The notes under the pieces were generated by a model. That model saw only the letters and a program-made list of their open reading frames with translations. It was not told the DNA's origin and made no database searches. Both the position numbers and the translations under genes were made by a program. Shown one piece after another: positions 19,228-29,674 of a DNA stretch of 64,000 bases (its first letter is position 1; each line of letters starts with the position of its first letter). The stretch comes from a virus. The stretch is from IMG/VR virus record IMGVR_UViG_3300008267_000007, positions 1 to 64,000 of that record, one strand, 5' to 3'.

Positions 19228-20529
19228 ATGAAAAATACATTTGTAATAAGCTGCCCAATTGACACTTACAGTGGATATGGTTCTCGTAGTAGAGATTTAG
19301 TTAAAGCGTTAATTAATTTGGACAAATATGACGTTAAAATATTACCTCAACGTTGGGGTAATACCCCACACAATTTTATAGAAGATCATAAAGAAGAATG
19401 GGGTTTCTTACAACCACATGTTGTAACTACTCAATTAACAGCACAACCTGATATTTGGGCTCAAATAACAGTTCCAAATGAATTTCAAGCTGTAGGTAAA
19501 TTTAATATAGGAATAACAGCTGGGATCGAAACTACAATCTGTGCTCCACAGTGGATTGAAGGGATGAATAGAATGAATTTAAATTTAGTATCATCTGAAC
19601 ATTCTAAAAAAGTATTCCAAGATTCTAAATTCCAAAAACAAGATGATAATACTAAACAAATAGTTGGTACAGTTGAGTTAACTGCTCCAATAGAAGTATT
19701 ATTTGAAGGAGTAGACATTACTAAATACTTTGCTTCTCCGTCACCCCCAGCTTCAGAGATAGGACAATCTCTAAATAAAATTGAGGAAGAATTTGCTTTC
19801 CTATTTGTTGGTCATTGGCTTCAAGGTGATTTTGGTCAGGATAGAAAAGATGTAGGAGGATTAATTCGTGTGTTTTTAGAAACATTTAAAAACAAACAAA
19901 AGAAACCAGCTTTAGTATTAAAAACAATGGCTGGACCTGCTAGTATTGTAGACAGGGACCAAATATTGAAGAAAATAGATGCTATCAAAGGATCTATTAA
20001 TTCTAAAAATTTACCTAACATTTACTTACTTCACGGTGAGGTGTCAGATGATGAGATGAATCAGTTGTATAACCATTCTAAGATCAAAGCTATGATTAGT
20101 TTAACTAAGGGTGAAGGGTTTGGTAGACCATTATTAGAATTTACTCAAGTTAAAAAACCTGTAATCGCTCCTAATTGGAGTGGTCAGATAGATTTCTTGA
20201 ATCATGAATTTGCATCACTAATCCCTGGAAATCTAACACCAATACACCCATCAGCTCAAGTACCTGATATGCTTATTGAAGGTTCACAGTGGTTCACAGC
20301 TGATTATGGATTTGTAAGTGGTTTATTAAAAGATTATTTTGATAATTATAAGAAATATCAAGAAAATGGTAAACGATTAGGTTTTTATTGTAAAACTAAT
20401 TTTTCATTTGAAAAAATGCAAGATAAGTTGGATTCAATACTATCTTCAAAAGTACCTGAAATACCTAAACAAGTTCAATTAAAGTTACCTCAACTTAAAA
20501 AAATTGAATTACCTAAATTAAAAAAATAG
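19228..20529 (+). CDS. glycosyltransferase, GT-B fold (GT4-like)
   Basis: SGYG, FLFVG, EGFGRPLLE. Confidence 0.85.
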   Translation: MKNTFVISCPIDTYSGYGSRSRDLVKALINLDKYDVKILPQRWGNTPHNFIEDHKEEWGFLQPHVVTTQLTAQPDIWAQITVPNEFQAVGKFNIGITAGIETTICAPQWIEGMNRMNLNLVSSEHSKKVFQDSKFQKQDDNTKQIVGTVELTAPIEVLFEGVDITKYFASPSPPASEIGQSLNKIEEEFAFLFVGHWLQGDFGQDRKDVGGLIRVFLETFKNKQKKPALVLKTMAGPASIVDRDQILKKIDAIKGSINSKNLPNIYLLHGEVSDDEMNQLYNHSKIKAMISLTKGEGFGRPLLEFTQVKKPVIAPNWSGQIDFLNHEFASLIPGNLTPIHPSAQVPDMLIEGSQWFTADYGFVSGLLKDYFDNYKKYQENGKRLGFYCKTNFSFEKMQDKLDSILSSKVPEIPKQVQLKLPQLKKIELPKLKK

Positions 20530-20533
20530 AATA

Positions 20534-21055
20534 ATGAGTAGGTGGATAGAATTATCATATATTGAGGATGTAAAAACCCTTACAAAGTATGGTTTGAATG
20601 AGTATTACAATAAAGCTAATCAAGGATTATTTGAATTTATAAATCCTTCTTTATCCTATGATTATGAAGAGGTTAATATGTCTGATGGTCAAAAGATGTG
20701 GAAGGTTGAAAAGCAAAACAATGATCCTCAATTTTTAATTACTTTAAAAAATGATGAGTCTTTAGATGAAAATTGGAAAGTTTTTGATTTTTATTTTTTT
20801 GAGACAGGTTTTGATAAACAATCAGGTTTAGAAGGTAAACATTATTTGGATACTTTAAGTAAAGTAATAAAAGATAATATAATTCCATATTTTTCATCTT
20901 TTCCTGAATTAGTTCTTTATTTTAATCCCTATAATGGGGATGGGGGGGGAGAAACTAGAAAAAAGGTATTTGAAAGGATGATTAATAAATTTATGGATAA
21001 AAATAAATTTGATATAGAAATTGATGGTGAAGAATTTATAATAAAAAAAAAATAG
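20534..21055 (+). CDS. hypothetical protein
   Basis: ORF track. Confidence 0.6.
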   Translation: MSRWIELSYIEDVKTLTKYGLNEYYNKANQGLFEFINPSLSYDYEEVNMSDGQKMWKVEKQNNDPQFLITLKNDESLDENWKVFDFYFFETGFDKQSGLEGKHYLDTLSKVIKDNIIPYFSSFPELVLYFNPYNGDGGGETRKKVFERMINKFMDKNKFDIEIDGEEFIIKKK

Positions 21056-21061
21056 AATAAA

Positions 21062-21517
21062 ATGAAAGATAAATTAAGTATTTGTCCTCGTTGTGGGAGT
21101 GACGCTTGTTATGTAACGCCCGTAAATGAGGCTAAAAATAATTATTATTGCTTTGGATGTGGTTTTCAAACTAACGATTTAATGGTAGAAGGAGAATTCG
21201 ACTTTGAATCATATGAAGAAACACTACCTGAACTCTACAAAGACATTAAATCAGTAGATGATAAAAAACGTGTTTGGTACCCAATAACTATCAACATTCA
21301 GGATAAAGGAACGGTATTTGCTAATGGTACTTACAAAGATAATTGGCAATGGAGTGGAATATTAGCAATTGAAGTGAGCGATGATGAGAAGGGTAAATTC
21401 AAAATACCTGGAACTGAGGAATTTTATACTCATAAAACTGATATTAAAACATTAAAAAGCTTCCCTCAAAATGATTTTATAGAAGCATTGGATTATATTA
21501 ATTTCTTCACAGAATAG
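21062..21517 (+). CDS. Zn-ribbon protein
   Basis: CPRC...CFGC. Confidence 0.65.
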   Translation: MKDKLSICPRCGSDACYVTPVNEAKNNYYCFGCGFQTNDLMVEGEFDFESYEETLPELYKDIKSVDDKKRVWYPITINIQDKGTVFANGTYKDNWQWSGILAIEVSDDEKGKFKIPGTEEFYTHKTDIKTLKSFPQNDFIEALDYINFFTE

Positions 21518-21518
21518 T

Positions 21519-22136
21519 ATGAAAATAAGTTATGCCATAACGGTTTGTAACGAATTAGAGGAGATCAAGAAACTAATTGATTTCCTCTTAGTTTACAAAC
21601 AAGATGAAGATGAGATAGTTGTACTACTAGACGACTCAAAAGGTAAAGGAGAGGTCTACGATTACTTGTTAACTACCTCACCCGAAGTAACTTGTTATAG
21701 GGACAGGTTTGAAGGACACTTTGCTGATTGGAAGAACAAACTAACATCATACTGTACTGGAGATTATATAGTAAACATTGATGCAGATGAGATTCCTAAC
21801 AATCAGCTAGTACTAAATCTCCCTTCAATATTAGAATACAACCCTGAAATAGATGTATACTGTGTACCTAGAGTAAATACTGTAGAAGGATTGACATCTA
21901 AGCATATTGCTAAATGGGGATGGAGAGTAGATGAAAAAGGTTGGGTTAACTGGCCAGATTATCAAATGAGAGTTTATAAGAATAGTCCTGAGATAAAATG
22001 GAAAAATAAAGTGCATGAAGTGTTGGAAGGCTACAAAATAATAACTACCTTACCTACTGAAGAAGAATATGCATTGTATCATCCAAAGACAATTGAGAGG
22101 CAAGAAAAGCAAAACAACTACTACGATACATTATGA
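21519..22136 (+). CDS. glycosyltransferase family 2
   Basis: ISYAITVCNE, IDADE (DxD), VHE. Confidence 0.85.
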   Translation: MKISYAITVCNELEEIKKLIDFLLVYKQDEDEIVVLLDDSKGKGEVYDYLLTTSPEVTCYRDRFEGHFADWKNKLTSYCTGDYIVNIDADEIPNNQLVLNLPSILEYNPEIDVYCVPRVNTVEGLTSKHIAKWGWRVDEKGWVNWPDYQMRVYKNSPEIKWKNKVHEVLEGYKIITTLPTEEEYALYHPKTIERQEKQNNYYDTL

Positions 22137-23491
22137 TAAAATTTATAATATTTGATTTGGATGGAGTTTTAGTAGAAGCTAAAAATATTCATTTTGAAGC
22201 ATTAAATGAGGCTTTAGGGCCTAAATATGAGATATCCTGGAATGAACATTTAAGTAGATATGATGGTTTAAAAACTAATCAGAAACTTGAAATGTTAACT
22301 CAAGATAAAGGACTGCCTGTAGAGTTATATAAACAAGTTTGGGATGAAAAGCAACGATTAACATTACAAAAATTAAAGAGTTTAAAACCTGATACTCAAT
22401 TAATGGTTTGTATGGATCTATTAGTACAGCAAGGTTATAAATTAGCAGTGTGTTCAAATAGCATACGTAAAACTGTACTAACAGTATTATCTAAACTAAA
22501 TATAATTGAAAATTTTGATTTAATATTATCCAATGAAGATGTAAAAAATAGCAAACCTCACCCTGAAATATACTGGAAAGCTATATCACAAATGGGATTT
22601 TTACCTGAAGAAACTTTAATAGTTGAAGATTCACCCTATGGGTTATTAGCCGCTTCTCGTAGTAAATCCCATGTGATGAGAGTTGGATCCCCAAAAGACA
22701 TTTCGTATAATAACATCTATAAATACTTAAATCCAGAAAAAATGAATTTAATACCTAAATGGAACGATGATAAATTAAATGTTTTAATTCCTATGGCTGG
22801 GGCAGGTTCAAGATTTGAGCAAGCAGGTTATACATTTCCTAAACCTCTTATTGAGGTGAAAGGAAAACCTATGATTCAAGTTGTAGTTGAAAATCTAAAT
22901 TTAGAAGCTAACTACATTTATGTAGTACAAAAAGCTCATAGGCAAAAGTATAATTTAGATACATTGCTAAACCTAATTACACCTGGATGTAAAATTGTAG
23001 AGACTGATGGGTTAACCGAAGGAGCAGCATGTACTGCTTTATTAGCTAAAGAATTTATAGATAATGATTCACCTTTATTCTTTGCCAACTCAGATCAGTT
23101 TGTAGAATGGGATTCAAATGAATTTATGTATAAGATGAATGAAACTAATGCTGATGGTGGTATTGTTTCATTTACTGCTACACACCCTAAATGGTCATTT
23201 GCTAAAATTAATGAAGAGGGGTTAGTAACCAAAGTAGCTGAGAAAAACCCAATATCAAATATTGCAACAGTAGGTTATTACTATTGGAAAAATGGATCTG
23301 ACTTTGTTAAATATGCTGAGCAAATGATTGACAAGAATATCAGGGTTAATAATGAATTTTATGTATGCCCTGTATTTAATCAAGCAATTGAAGATCATAA
23401 ACAAATTAGAACATTTAACACAGCAGGGATGTGGGGTTTAGGAACACCAGAAGACTTAAATTATTATCTAGAACATTATAAAAACCAATAG
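22133..23491 (+). CDS. HAD phosphatase fused to sugar-nucleotidyltransferase
   Basis: N-terminal FDLDGVL, KPHP, VEDS; C-terminal IPMAGAGSRF...PKPLI, GLGTPEDL. Confidence 0.88.
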   Translation: MIKFIIFDLDGVLVEAKNIHFEALNEALGPKYEISWNEHLSRYDGLKTNQKLEMLTQDKGLPVELYKQVWDEKQRLTLQKLKSLKPDTQLMVCMDLLVQQGYKLAVCSNSIRKTVLTVLSKLNIIENFDLILSNEDVKNSKPHPEIYWKAISQMGFLPEETLIVEDSPYGLLAASRSKSHVMRVGSPKDISYNNIYKYLNPEKMNLIPKWNDDKLNVLIPMAGAGSRFEQAGYTFPKPLIEVKGKPMIQVVVENLNLEANYIYVVQKAHRQKYNLDTLLNLITPGCKIVETDGLTEGAACTALLAKEFIDNDSPLFFANSDQFVEWDSNEFMYKMNETNADGGIVSFTATHPKWSFAKINEEGLVTKVAEKNPISNIATVGYYYWKNGSDFVKYAEQMIDKNIRVNNEFYVCPVFNQAIEDHKQIRTFNTAGMWGLGTPEDLNYYLEHYKNQ

Positions 23492-23492
23492 T

Positions 23493-24062
23493 ATGGCCCA
23501 TAAAGAACAAATAGATTATGTTAATAGAATAAAAAAATTATTCCCAAATTATTTTACCGGTCAAAAGGTATTAGGTATAGGAACTTTTAATGTTTGTGGG
23601 ACAGAAGATGAATACTTCACTAATTGTGATTATTCTGGATTAGATCTAGGCCCGGGACCCGGAGTAGATATAGTATGTCCTGCTCAAGAGTATGATGCTC
23701 CTGATAATACCTTTGATGTAATTATATCATGTGAATGTTTTGAACATAACCCATTTTATAAAGAAACTATCCAAAATTCCTATAGAATGCTTAAGCCTGG
23801 AGGGATGTTTATTTTTACTTGTGCCACTACCGGGAGACCAATTCATGGTGTAGCATCTTTAGAACAAGAGAGTAAAGAAAAGTGGGAAAATTGGAAAACT
23901 ATGCCTAATGTTTCAAGAGAAAATTGGGATAATGAATATTATAAAAATCTTACTGAAGAAGATATTAGAGAGTGTATTAATATAGATGAGGTTTTTTCTT
24001 CTTATGAATTTGAAGTTGAAACCAACCATTATGATCTATATTTTTGGGGAATTAAAAAGTAA
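23493..24062 (+). CDS. class I SAM-dependent methyltransferase
   Basis: VLGIGT, FDVIISCECFEH, LKPGG. Confidence 0.82.
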   Translation: MAHKEQIDYVNRIKKLFPNYFTGQKVLGIGTFNVCGTEDEYFTNCDYSGLDLGPGPGVDIVCPAQEYDAPDNTFDVIISCECFEHNPFYKETIQNSYRMLKPGGMFIFTCATTGRPIHGVASLEQESKEKWENWKTMPNVSRENWDNEYYKNLTEEDIRECINIDEVFSSYEFEVETNHYDLYFWGIKK

Positions 24063-24065
24063 TAT

Positions 24066-24701
24066 ATGATATCAGTTATTATACCTACTTTATGGAAACC
24101 TAAGGGTTTTTTAGAGAGACTTGAAGAAATTTCAAAAAATTCATTTGTTGGAGAGATTATTTTAATTGATAATTCTACTTTAAATATAGATACATCTCAT
24201 ATTTCTAAAATAAATCATATTAAAGAAAATCAAAATACTTACGTTATCCCAGCATGGAATAAAGGAGTAAAATTAGCTAAATATGATAAATTATTAATAG
24301 TTAATGATGATGTAGAAACTGATTGGGGAGTTATAGATACTGTATACCCCCATATTACTGAAGATAAGGGTCTTATAGGAGCTGGAGTTAGTTGTTGGAA
24401 ACCCGATAATAAAATAGGAGATATTTCTCCTGTACAGTATATGCCTAATTGTTATGCTTGTTTTTTCTTCATTCATAAAAACTCTTACATTGAAATCCCA
24501 GAGATGAGAATTCATTTTGGAGATAATTGGATGTTTGATAGTATAAGACTCCAAGGTAAACCTAATTATGAAATACTAAACTGGAGTATGGGGGGAGAAT
24601 CAGAACAAACTAGTGGTTTAGAAGAATTTAATACTATTAAACATCAAGATTTAATTATATATCACAAATTAGCTCAAATTCAGTATGGAAATAACAAATA
24701 A
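24066..24701 (+). CDS. glycosyltransferase family 2
   Basis: ISVIIPT, IILIDN, AWNKG, NDD. Confidence 0.8.
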   Translation: MISVIIPTLWKPKGFLERLEEISKNSFVGEIILIDNSTLNIDTSHISKINHIKENQNTYVIPAWNKGVKLAKYDKLLIVNDDVETDWGVIDTVYPHITEDKGLIGAGVSCWKPDNKIGDISPVQYMPNCYACFFFIHKNSYIEIPEMRIHFGDNWMFDSIRLQGKPNYEILNWSMGGESEQTSGLEEFNTIKHQDLIIYHKLAQIQYGNNK

Positions 24702-25479
24702 GTGGGTAGTGTACTGTGCTGGTAACTCAGAATATATTTTATCGAAAAATCAAGAACCTATTCTCATGTTAAAATCTTTCCAAAGACATTTTGGGGATGA
24801 ACTAGATTATGTATATTTTACTGACATAAATGAAAGTAGAATAGATGAAATTGAAAAGGTTTGTGTTAATAATGGGATTAAATTAGTAAAGGGAAATTGT
24901 AAAGTTAATTACGATCAATATTCTGATATACAGTATACCCAAACTGGTTTAAATGGGCGATGGCCTGATGCCATGTATTGGTATTGTGATGCCCCTGAAT
25001 ATCTAGAGGGTTTATATGATTTTGCTATTAAGTGTGATGGAGATATGTTATGCAATACTAAATTTGATTTAACAGAGTTAGAAAGCCATTTACCCATATC
25101 TATAGCAGAGGCACCGGATTGGTATATTCCCTTTGATAAACATTCACCGAATGCTGGGTTTCAAATATTAAATTTAAAAGAATATGAAGATTCTAAAATC
25201 AACCTACTATTTCGAGAAGCAGCTAAACAAACGGCAACATTCAATAGTGACACTCCAGCCTTAGATTATTTTATAGGTTCAAATCAAATTTGGGCTAAAC
25301 GTCTAAGCTCAGAATATAATTATCTATTATTTGATGTAGATGAAGTTAACAATCTAAAACTCGAAGAAGTTTCAAATGTAAAAATATTTCATTTTGTAGG
25401 TAGTAAACCTTATAACTTAGATCCCAAAATGGAAGGATCTATAAAAGAATATTTTTCTAAAATTTATTTAAATGGATAG
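24685..25479 (+). CDS. glycosyltransferase (GT8-like)
   Basis: DGD, NAG, EYN, IFHFVGSKP. Confidence 0.7.
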   Translation: MEITNKWVVYCAGNSEYILSKNQEPILMLKSFQRHFGDELDYVYFTDINESRIDEIEKVCVNNGIKLVKGNCKVNYDQYSDIQYTQTGLNGRWPDAMYWYCDAPEYLEGLYDFAIKCDGDMLCNTKFDLTELESHLPISIAEAPDWYIPFDKHSPNAGFQILNLKEYEDSKINLLFREAAKQTATFNSDTPALDYFIGSNQIWAKRLSSEYNYLLFDVDEVNNLKLEEVSNVKIFHFVGSKPYNLDPKMEGSIKEYFSKIYLNG

Positions 25480-26080
25480 AATAGAATTAATTAATTATTA
25501 TCTTTCAAAGAAAGATTCTAAAAAATACCTTGAAATAGGAGTATACAAGGGGCATAGCTACAACCATGTAGAAGCAAATATCAAAGATTCAGTAGATCCC
25601 GATGTAACAACACCGGCTGTATATCATTTAACATCTGATGACTTCTTTGAAAATGTAGCACCTACCTTAGACTATAAGTATAATGTAGTTTTTATTGATG
25701 GATTACATCATAGTGAACAAGTTAATAAAGATATTAAAAACTCTTTAAATTTTTTAGAGGAGGATGGTGTAATAGTATTACATGATTGTAACCCACAAAG
25801 TGAAATGAGACAAAGAGTGCCTGCAGATTTTGATATATGGGAATATGGCTGGAATGGAGATGTTTGGAAATCCATAGTGGATTTTAGAAAGAATAATTCT
25901 CACTTAAAGTATAACGTGTTTGTTATAAATGATGATGAGGGGTTAGGAATAATAAAATCAGGAATTGGAAAAGAATTGAAATTAAAAATACCTAAAGAGT
26001 TAGATTATGATTTTCTAGAAAAATATAGAATTGATTTACTGAATTTAATAACTTCTAAACAGTTTTATTTAAATGAATAG
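25472..26080 (+). CDS. SAM-dependent methyltransferase (Methyltransf_24-like)
   Basis: YLEIGV, FIDGLH, GVIVLHD. Confidence 0.82.
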   Translation: MDRIELINYYLSKKDSKKYLEIGVYKGHSYNHVEANIKDSVDPDVTTPAVYHLTSDDFFENVAPTLDYKYNVVFIDGLHHSEQVNKDIKNSLNFLEEDGVIVLHDCNPQSEMRQRVPADFDIWEYGWNGDVWKSIVDFRKNNSHLKYNVFVINDDEGLGIIKSGIGKELKLKIPKELDYDFLEKYRIDLLNLITSKQFYLNE

Positions 26081-26933
26081 TTGTATATTTACTACTCATG
26101 CTACTCTAAATTTGGAGCATGCTAATTATAGTTTGAAGTCCCTATTGGGGCTTCAAAATTGTGATATAATATGGGATAATTTTGTAATCTATAATACCCA
26201 TGAACATGAACTTCCTAATGAAGACCTAATATCTCTAATCCAGAAATATGATACTAAGAATTATATAAAAGAAATTTTAATTTTTCCTTATGACCCTGAT
26301 AGTAACAAGAAAAATCTACTTCAAGATATAAGAAATTGGTATGACATTTCACTTTCATTAGGGTGCCAAAATACTAAAGGTAAAACATTGTGGTTAAAAT
26401 CAGACTATTGTGTATCTAATAATTTTAACGAGATATTTTTAGAAAATAATCTTAACAATTGTATGTGGTCTCTGCCTACATTAGGGGCTAAACAAAAAAT
26501 TAGTTATGATACCATATTAACAAAACTTAATTTACCTGAGTTCACTCCATCAGATTTTGAAACGTATTATAGGGGAGGAGATAATCCTCATAATACTTTA
26601 CCTAATGAAGAAGTATCACCTAATGGGGAAATGGATTATCACCCATCTATAAATTATGTTTCTCACAATTATGTTCATGATTTTAATTTGCATGTTGTGT
26701 CTAATGATACTTTAGAATTAGGTAGAGAATTAGCCTATCACCCACAAGTATTTGACATGAATTCAACTTGGGGTGGGCCTCATAATTTATTCTATGGTTT
26801 AAAACAAAATGGAGTTTATTTTAATGGTGAATATAGAGCTTATGGTATTCATATGTTCCATGAAATAATTTCTGAAAATAGGTTGGAAGACCGAGGAGAT
26901 GATCGTAAATTACATATAGGAGAAAAATATTAA
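26073..26933 (+). CDS. hypothetical protein, possible glycosyltransferase
   Basis: Context in GT island; WGG and HMFH near C-terminus. Confidence 0.45.
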   Translation: MNSCIFTTHATLNLEHANYSLKSLLGLQNCDIIWDNFVIYNTHEHELPNEDLISLIQKYDTKNYIKEILIFPYDPDSNKKNLLQDIRNWYDISLSLGCQNTKGKTLWLKSDYCVSNNFNEIFLENNLNNCMWSLPTLGAKQKISYDTILTKLNLPEFTPSDFETYYRGGDNPHNTLPNEEVSPNGEMDYHPSINYVSHNYVHDFNLHVVSNDTLELGRELAYHPQVFDMNSTWGGPHNLFYGLKQNGVYFNGEYRAYGIHMFHEIISENRLEDRGDDRKLHIGEKY

Positions 26934-26936
26934 ATT

Positions 26937-27383
26937 ATGATATTAATTTCACATAGAGGGAATATTAATGGTAAAAATACTGAAAGAGAAAATCACCCTG
27001 ACTATATTGATGAAGCTATAGCTTTGGGTTATGATGTAGAGATTGATATTTGGGTAGTTGATTCAGATATAATGCTAGGTCATGATGAACCTCAGTATAA
27101 AGTAACAAGTAAATGGTTAGAACAAAGACTTCATAAACTATGGATACATTGTAAGAATACACCTGCTTTAGAATACGCCAACTATTTTCATGATAGAGAA
27201 GACCTAACTTACTTTTGGCATGAGAATGATATAGCTACACTAACAAGTAAAGGTGATATATGGGTATACCCTGGTAAACAACCTATTGAAAATAGTATTG
27301 CAGTGATGCCTGAAATTTGTAATGACGATGTTACACATTGTAAGGGGGTATGTAGTGATTATATAGAAAACTATAAGAAATGA
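26937..27383 (+). CDS. glycerophosphodiester phosphodiesterase-like protein
   Basis: ISHRGN, EN, VEIDIW, GHD, WIHCKN, VCSD. Confidence 0.75.
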   Translation: MILISHRGNINGKNTERENHPDYIDEAIALGYDVEIDIWVVDSDIMLGHDEPQYKVTSKWLEQRLHKLWIHCKNTPALEYANYFHDREDLTYFWHENDIATLTSKGDIWVYPGKQPIENSIAVMPEICNDDVTHCKGVCSDYIENYKK

Positions 27384-28093
27384 AAATAGCAATTTGCATA
27401 AGTGGTCAGCCCAGAAATTTTAAACATGGTTATGAAAGTTTAAAAACTCATTTTTTAGACAAGTATGATTGTGATATTTACTTCCATACTTGGAAAACTG
27501 ATAGTTTTGAATCAACTAATTTCGGGTTTGGTAATCATCAATATAATTTTGATAGAGATGATTATTATAGTTTAAATTTTATATATCAACCTAAAAATCA
27601 TATTTTAGAAAGTCCTATAACATTTGATGCTAGTGATTATAAATGTCCAATTTGGAGACAACCCCTAAATAATACATTAAGTATGTTTTATTCTACATAC
27701 AAGTCATTTCAACTAATTGAAGGTGATTATGATTATGTTGTTAGAACTAGATTTGATGTAGATTATTCTAAATTTAATTTGGAATTTCCAAAAGAAGGTA
27801 TTATATTACCTGAATGGAATACAGATAGTAGAGTCAAATCCAGAGGTTATTATGATGTGTTTGCCTTGGGCAAACCCGAAGATATGAAAGTATACTCACA
27901 AGTATTTTCAAATGTTATATCATATGTAACTAATGATGAAAATTTCCTTAACTTCCTAACAGGAGGCTGGCCAGGACAAGATTCACCATTACGAAATGAA
28001 TATTTGTTGAAATGGCATCTATTAAAAAATAACATTAAAGTAAAAGAACTACCAACATTAGAAACAAAAGCTGATGTTGGTCTAATAAGATAA
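27380..28093 (+). CDS. putative glycosyltransferase-like protein
   Basis: IAICISGQPR, HTW, YDYVVRTRFD motifs seen in polysaccharide-cluster proteins. Confidence 0.6.
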   Translation: MKIAICISGQPRNFKHGYESLKTHFLDKYDCDIYFHTWKTDSFESTNFGFGNHQYNFDRDDYYSLNFIYQPKNHILESPITFDASDYKCPIWRQPLNNTLSMFYSTYKSFQLIEGDYDYVVRTRFDVDYSKFNLEFPKEGIILPEWNTDSRVKSRGYYDVFALGKPEDMKVYSQVFSNVISYVTNDENFLNFLTGGWPGQDSPLRNEYLLKWHLLKNNIKVKELPTLETKADVGLIR

Positions 28094-28094
28094 T

Positions 28095-29009
28095 ATGAAA
28101 GGAGTTATAACAATATTTGCATTACCTCAAGAATTAGAAGACTTAGCATTAACCCTATATAATCTAAAACGTAATTCAATTTACCTAGACCCCCAAAATG
28201 AGTATTTAGTAGATATAACAATGTGTCTATCAGATGAGTTAACAGATTGGGATAAATCTAAATTGCCAAAAGACTATATTGAACAACGAACTATTGAGTT
28301 ATGTAATAAGTTTTTAGATTGGTGTAAATATGATTTGAATATCGAAAAAGAAGATCGTATATTAGGATGTGTTTCACAAAGGAGATATAGTTTAGGTAAA
28401 CATGAAGATGCTGATTTCTTTATTTGGTTAGATTGTGATTTTATATTTAAAGATATTACATTACAATACATGACATATGCTTATGAAAATCTAAAATTAA
28501 CAGGAGTAGAGGATTTTATTATAACACCTCAATTTGTTAGACAATGGGATGCATCATGGGATATATTAGTTAATGAAAAATTTATAAATCATCCTCTATA
28601 TTACCATGAATCAGCAGATGTTTATATTGATACTCTTCCCCAAAATGATGAAATACAAATTAAACATATTAATGATATTAAATTTGCAGGAGGTTGGTTC
28701 ACATTAATATCAGGCAAATTATTAAGAGAAATAACCATTCCTGAATCTTTAGGCCATTATGGCTTAGAGGATAATTTTGTTATAGAATGTTCTAAAATAT
28801 TAAAACAAAGAGGTATAGGTGTGTCTCAATTTGTATTAGAGGGGCTTGTTATAGGTGAGAGTTATACCCATCGTCCAAATGGAACTATTAAAAACTTTAT
28901 TGCAAGTAGAAATCGAAAATTAGAATTTACTCAAATAGCTCAAAATAATTTTCCAATTGAATTAAATAAATTTTATGAAAGAAGTAACAGTAGTACTAAC
29001 AGCTTGTAA
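28095..29009 (+). CDS. putative glycosyltransferase (GT-A)
   Basis: WLDCD (DxD), GGWF, YGLED. Confidence 0.6.
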   Translation: MKGVITIFALPQELEDLALTLYNLKRNSIYLDPQNEYLVDITMCLSDELTDWDKSKLPKDYIEQRTIELCNKFLDWCKYDLNIEKEDRILGCVSQRRYSLGKHEDADFFIWLDCDFIFKDITLQYMTYAYENLKLTGVEDFIITPQFVRQWDASWDILVNEKFINHPLYYHESADVYIDTLPQNDEIQIKHINDIKFAGGWFTLISGKLLREITIPESLGHYGLEDNFVIECSKILKQRGIGVSQFVLEGLVIGESYTHRPNGTIKNFIASRNRKLEFTQIAQNNFPIELNKFYERSNSSTNSL

Positions 29010-29664
29010 TAGAGCAGATTTATTAGAAAAAACTTTAGATAGTTTTTTTCAAATGAACACTTACCCAATTAAGCGTTTCATTATTATAGACGATGGAATG
29101 AATTTTGGTTGTAATGATTTTGTTAAGTCCCAATATGATTTCCCTATAGAACTTATATATAATGACCCTAAATTATTTCAAATTAGATCAATCGATGCTG
29201 CTTATTCATTGGTTGACACTGATTATGTATTTCATATGGAAGAAGATTGGTTATTCTTAAAACCAGGATTTATTGAAGACTCAATGTCAGTATTAGAAGA
29301 GGATCCTAACATATTACAAGTATGGTTAAGAGGAATTGATGATACAACCTTACCTCATCCTTGGCATCCTGACATGTATGAAGTCAATGGAAAGCAATTA
29401 GTTATGAATCAACAAGTTGGAATGTGGGGAGGAATAAGCTTCAATCCTGGACTAAATAGATTAAGTGATTGGAAATCATTTCCTGAGGGATATAATGGAT
29501 GTGAAAGAATAACACCAGCTGAATTAAGTGGTGGAGTAACTTTGGAATGCGATGTATCAATTGAATATATGAAACGAGGTAGAATAACTATGAGATTTCT
29601 TGAATCCTATATAGAACACATAGGGTGGGATAGACACATAGTTGATGGGGTTAATGGTAAATAA
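28975..29664 (+). CDS. glycosyltransferase family 2
   Basis: LTACNR, IIDD, HMEEDW, HIG. Confidence 0.78.
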   Translation: MKEVTVVLTACNRADLLEKTLDSFFQMNTYPIKRFIIIDDGMNFGCNDFVKSQYDFPIELIYNDPKLFQIRSIDAAYSLVDTDYVFHMEEDWLFLKPGFIEDSMSVLEEDPNILQVWLRGIDDTTLPHPWHPDMYEVNGKQLVMNQQVGMWGGISFNPGLNRLSDWKSFPEGYNGCERITPAELSGGVTLECDVSIEYMKRGRITMRFLESYIEHIGWDRHIVDGVNGK

Positions 29665-29674
29665 AAAATAAAAC

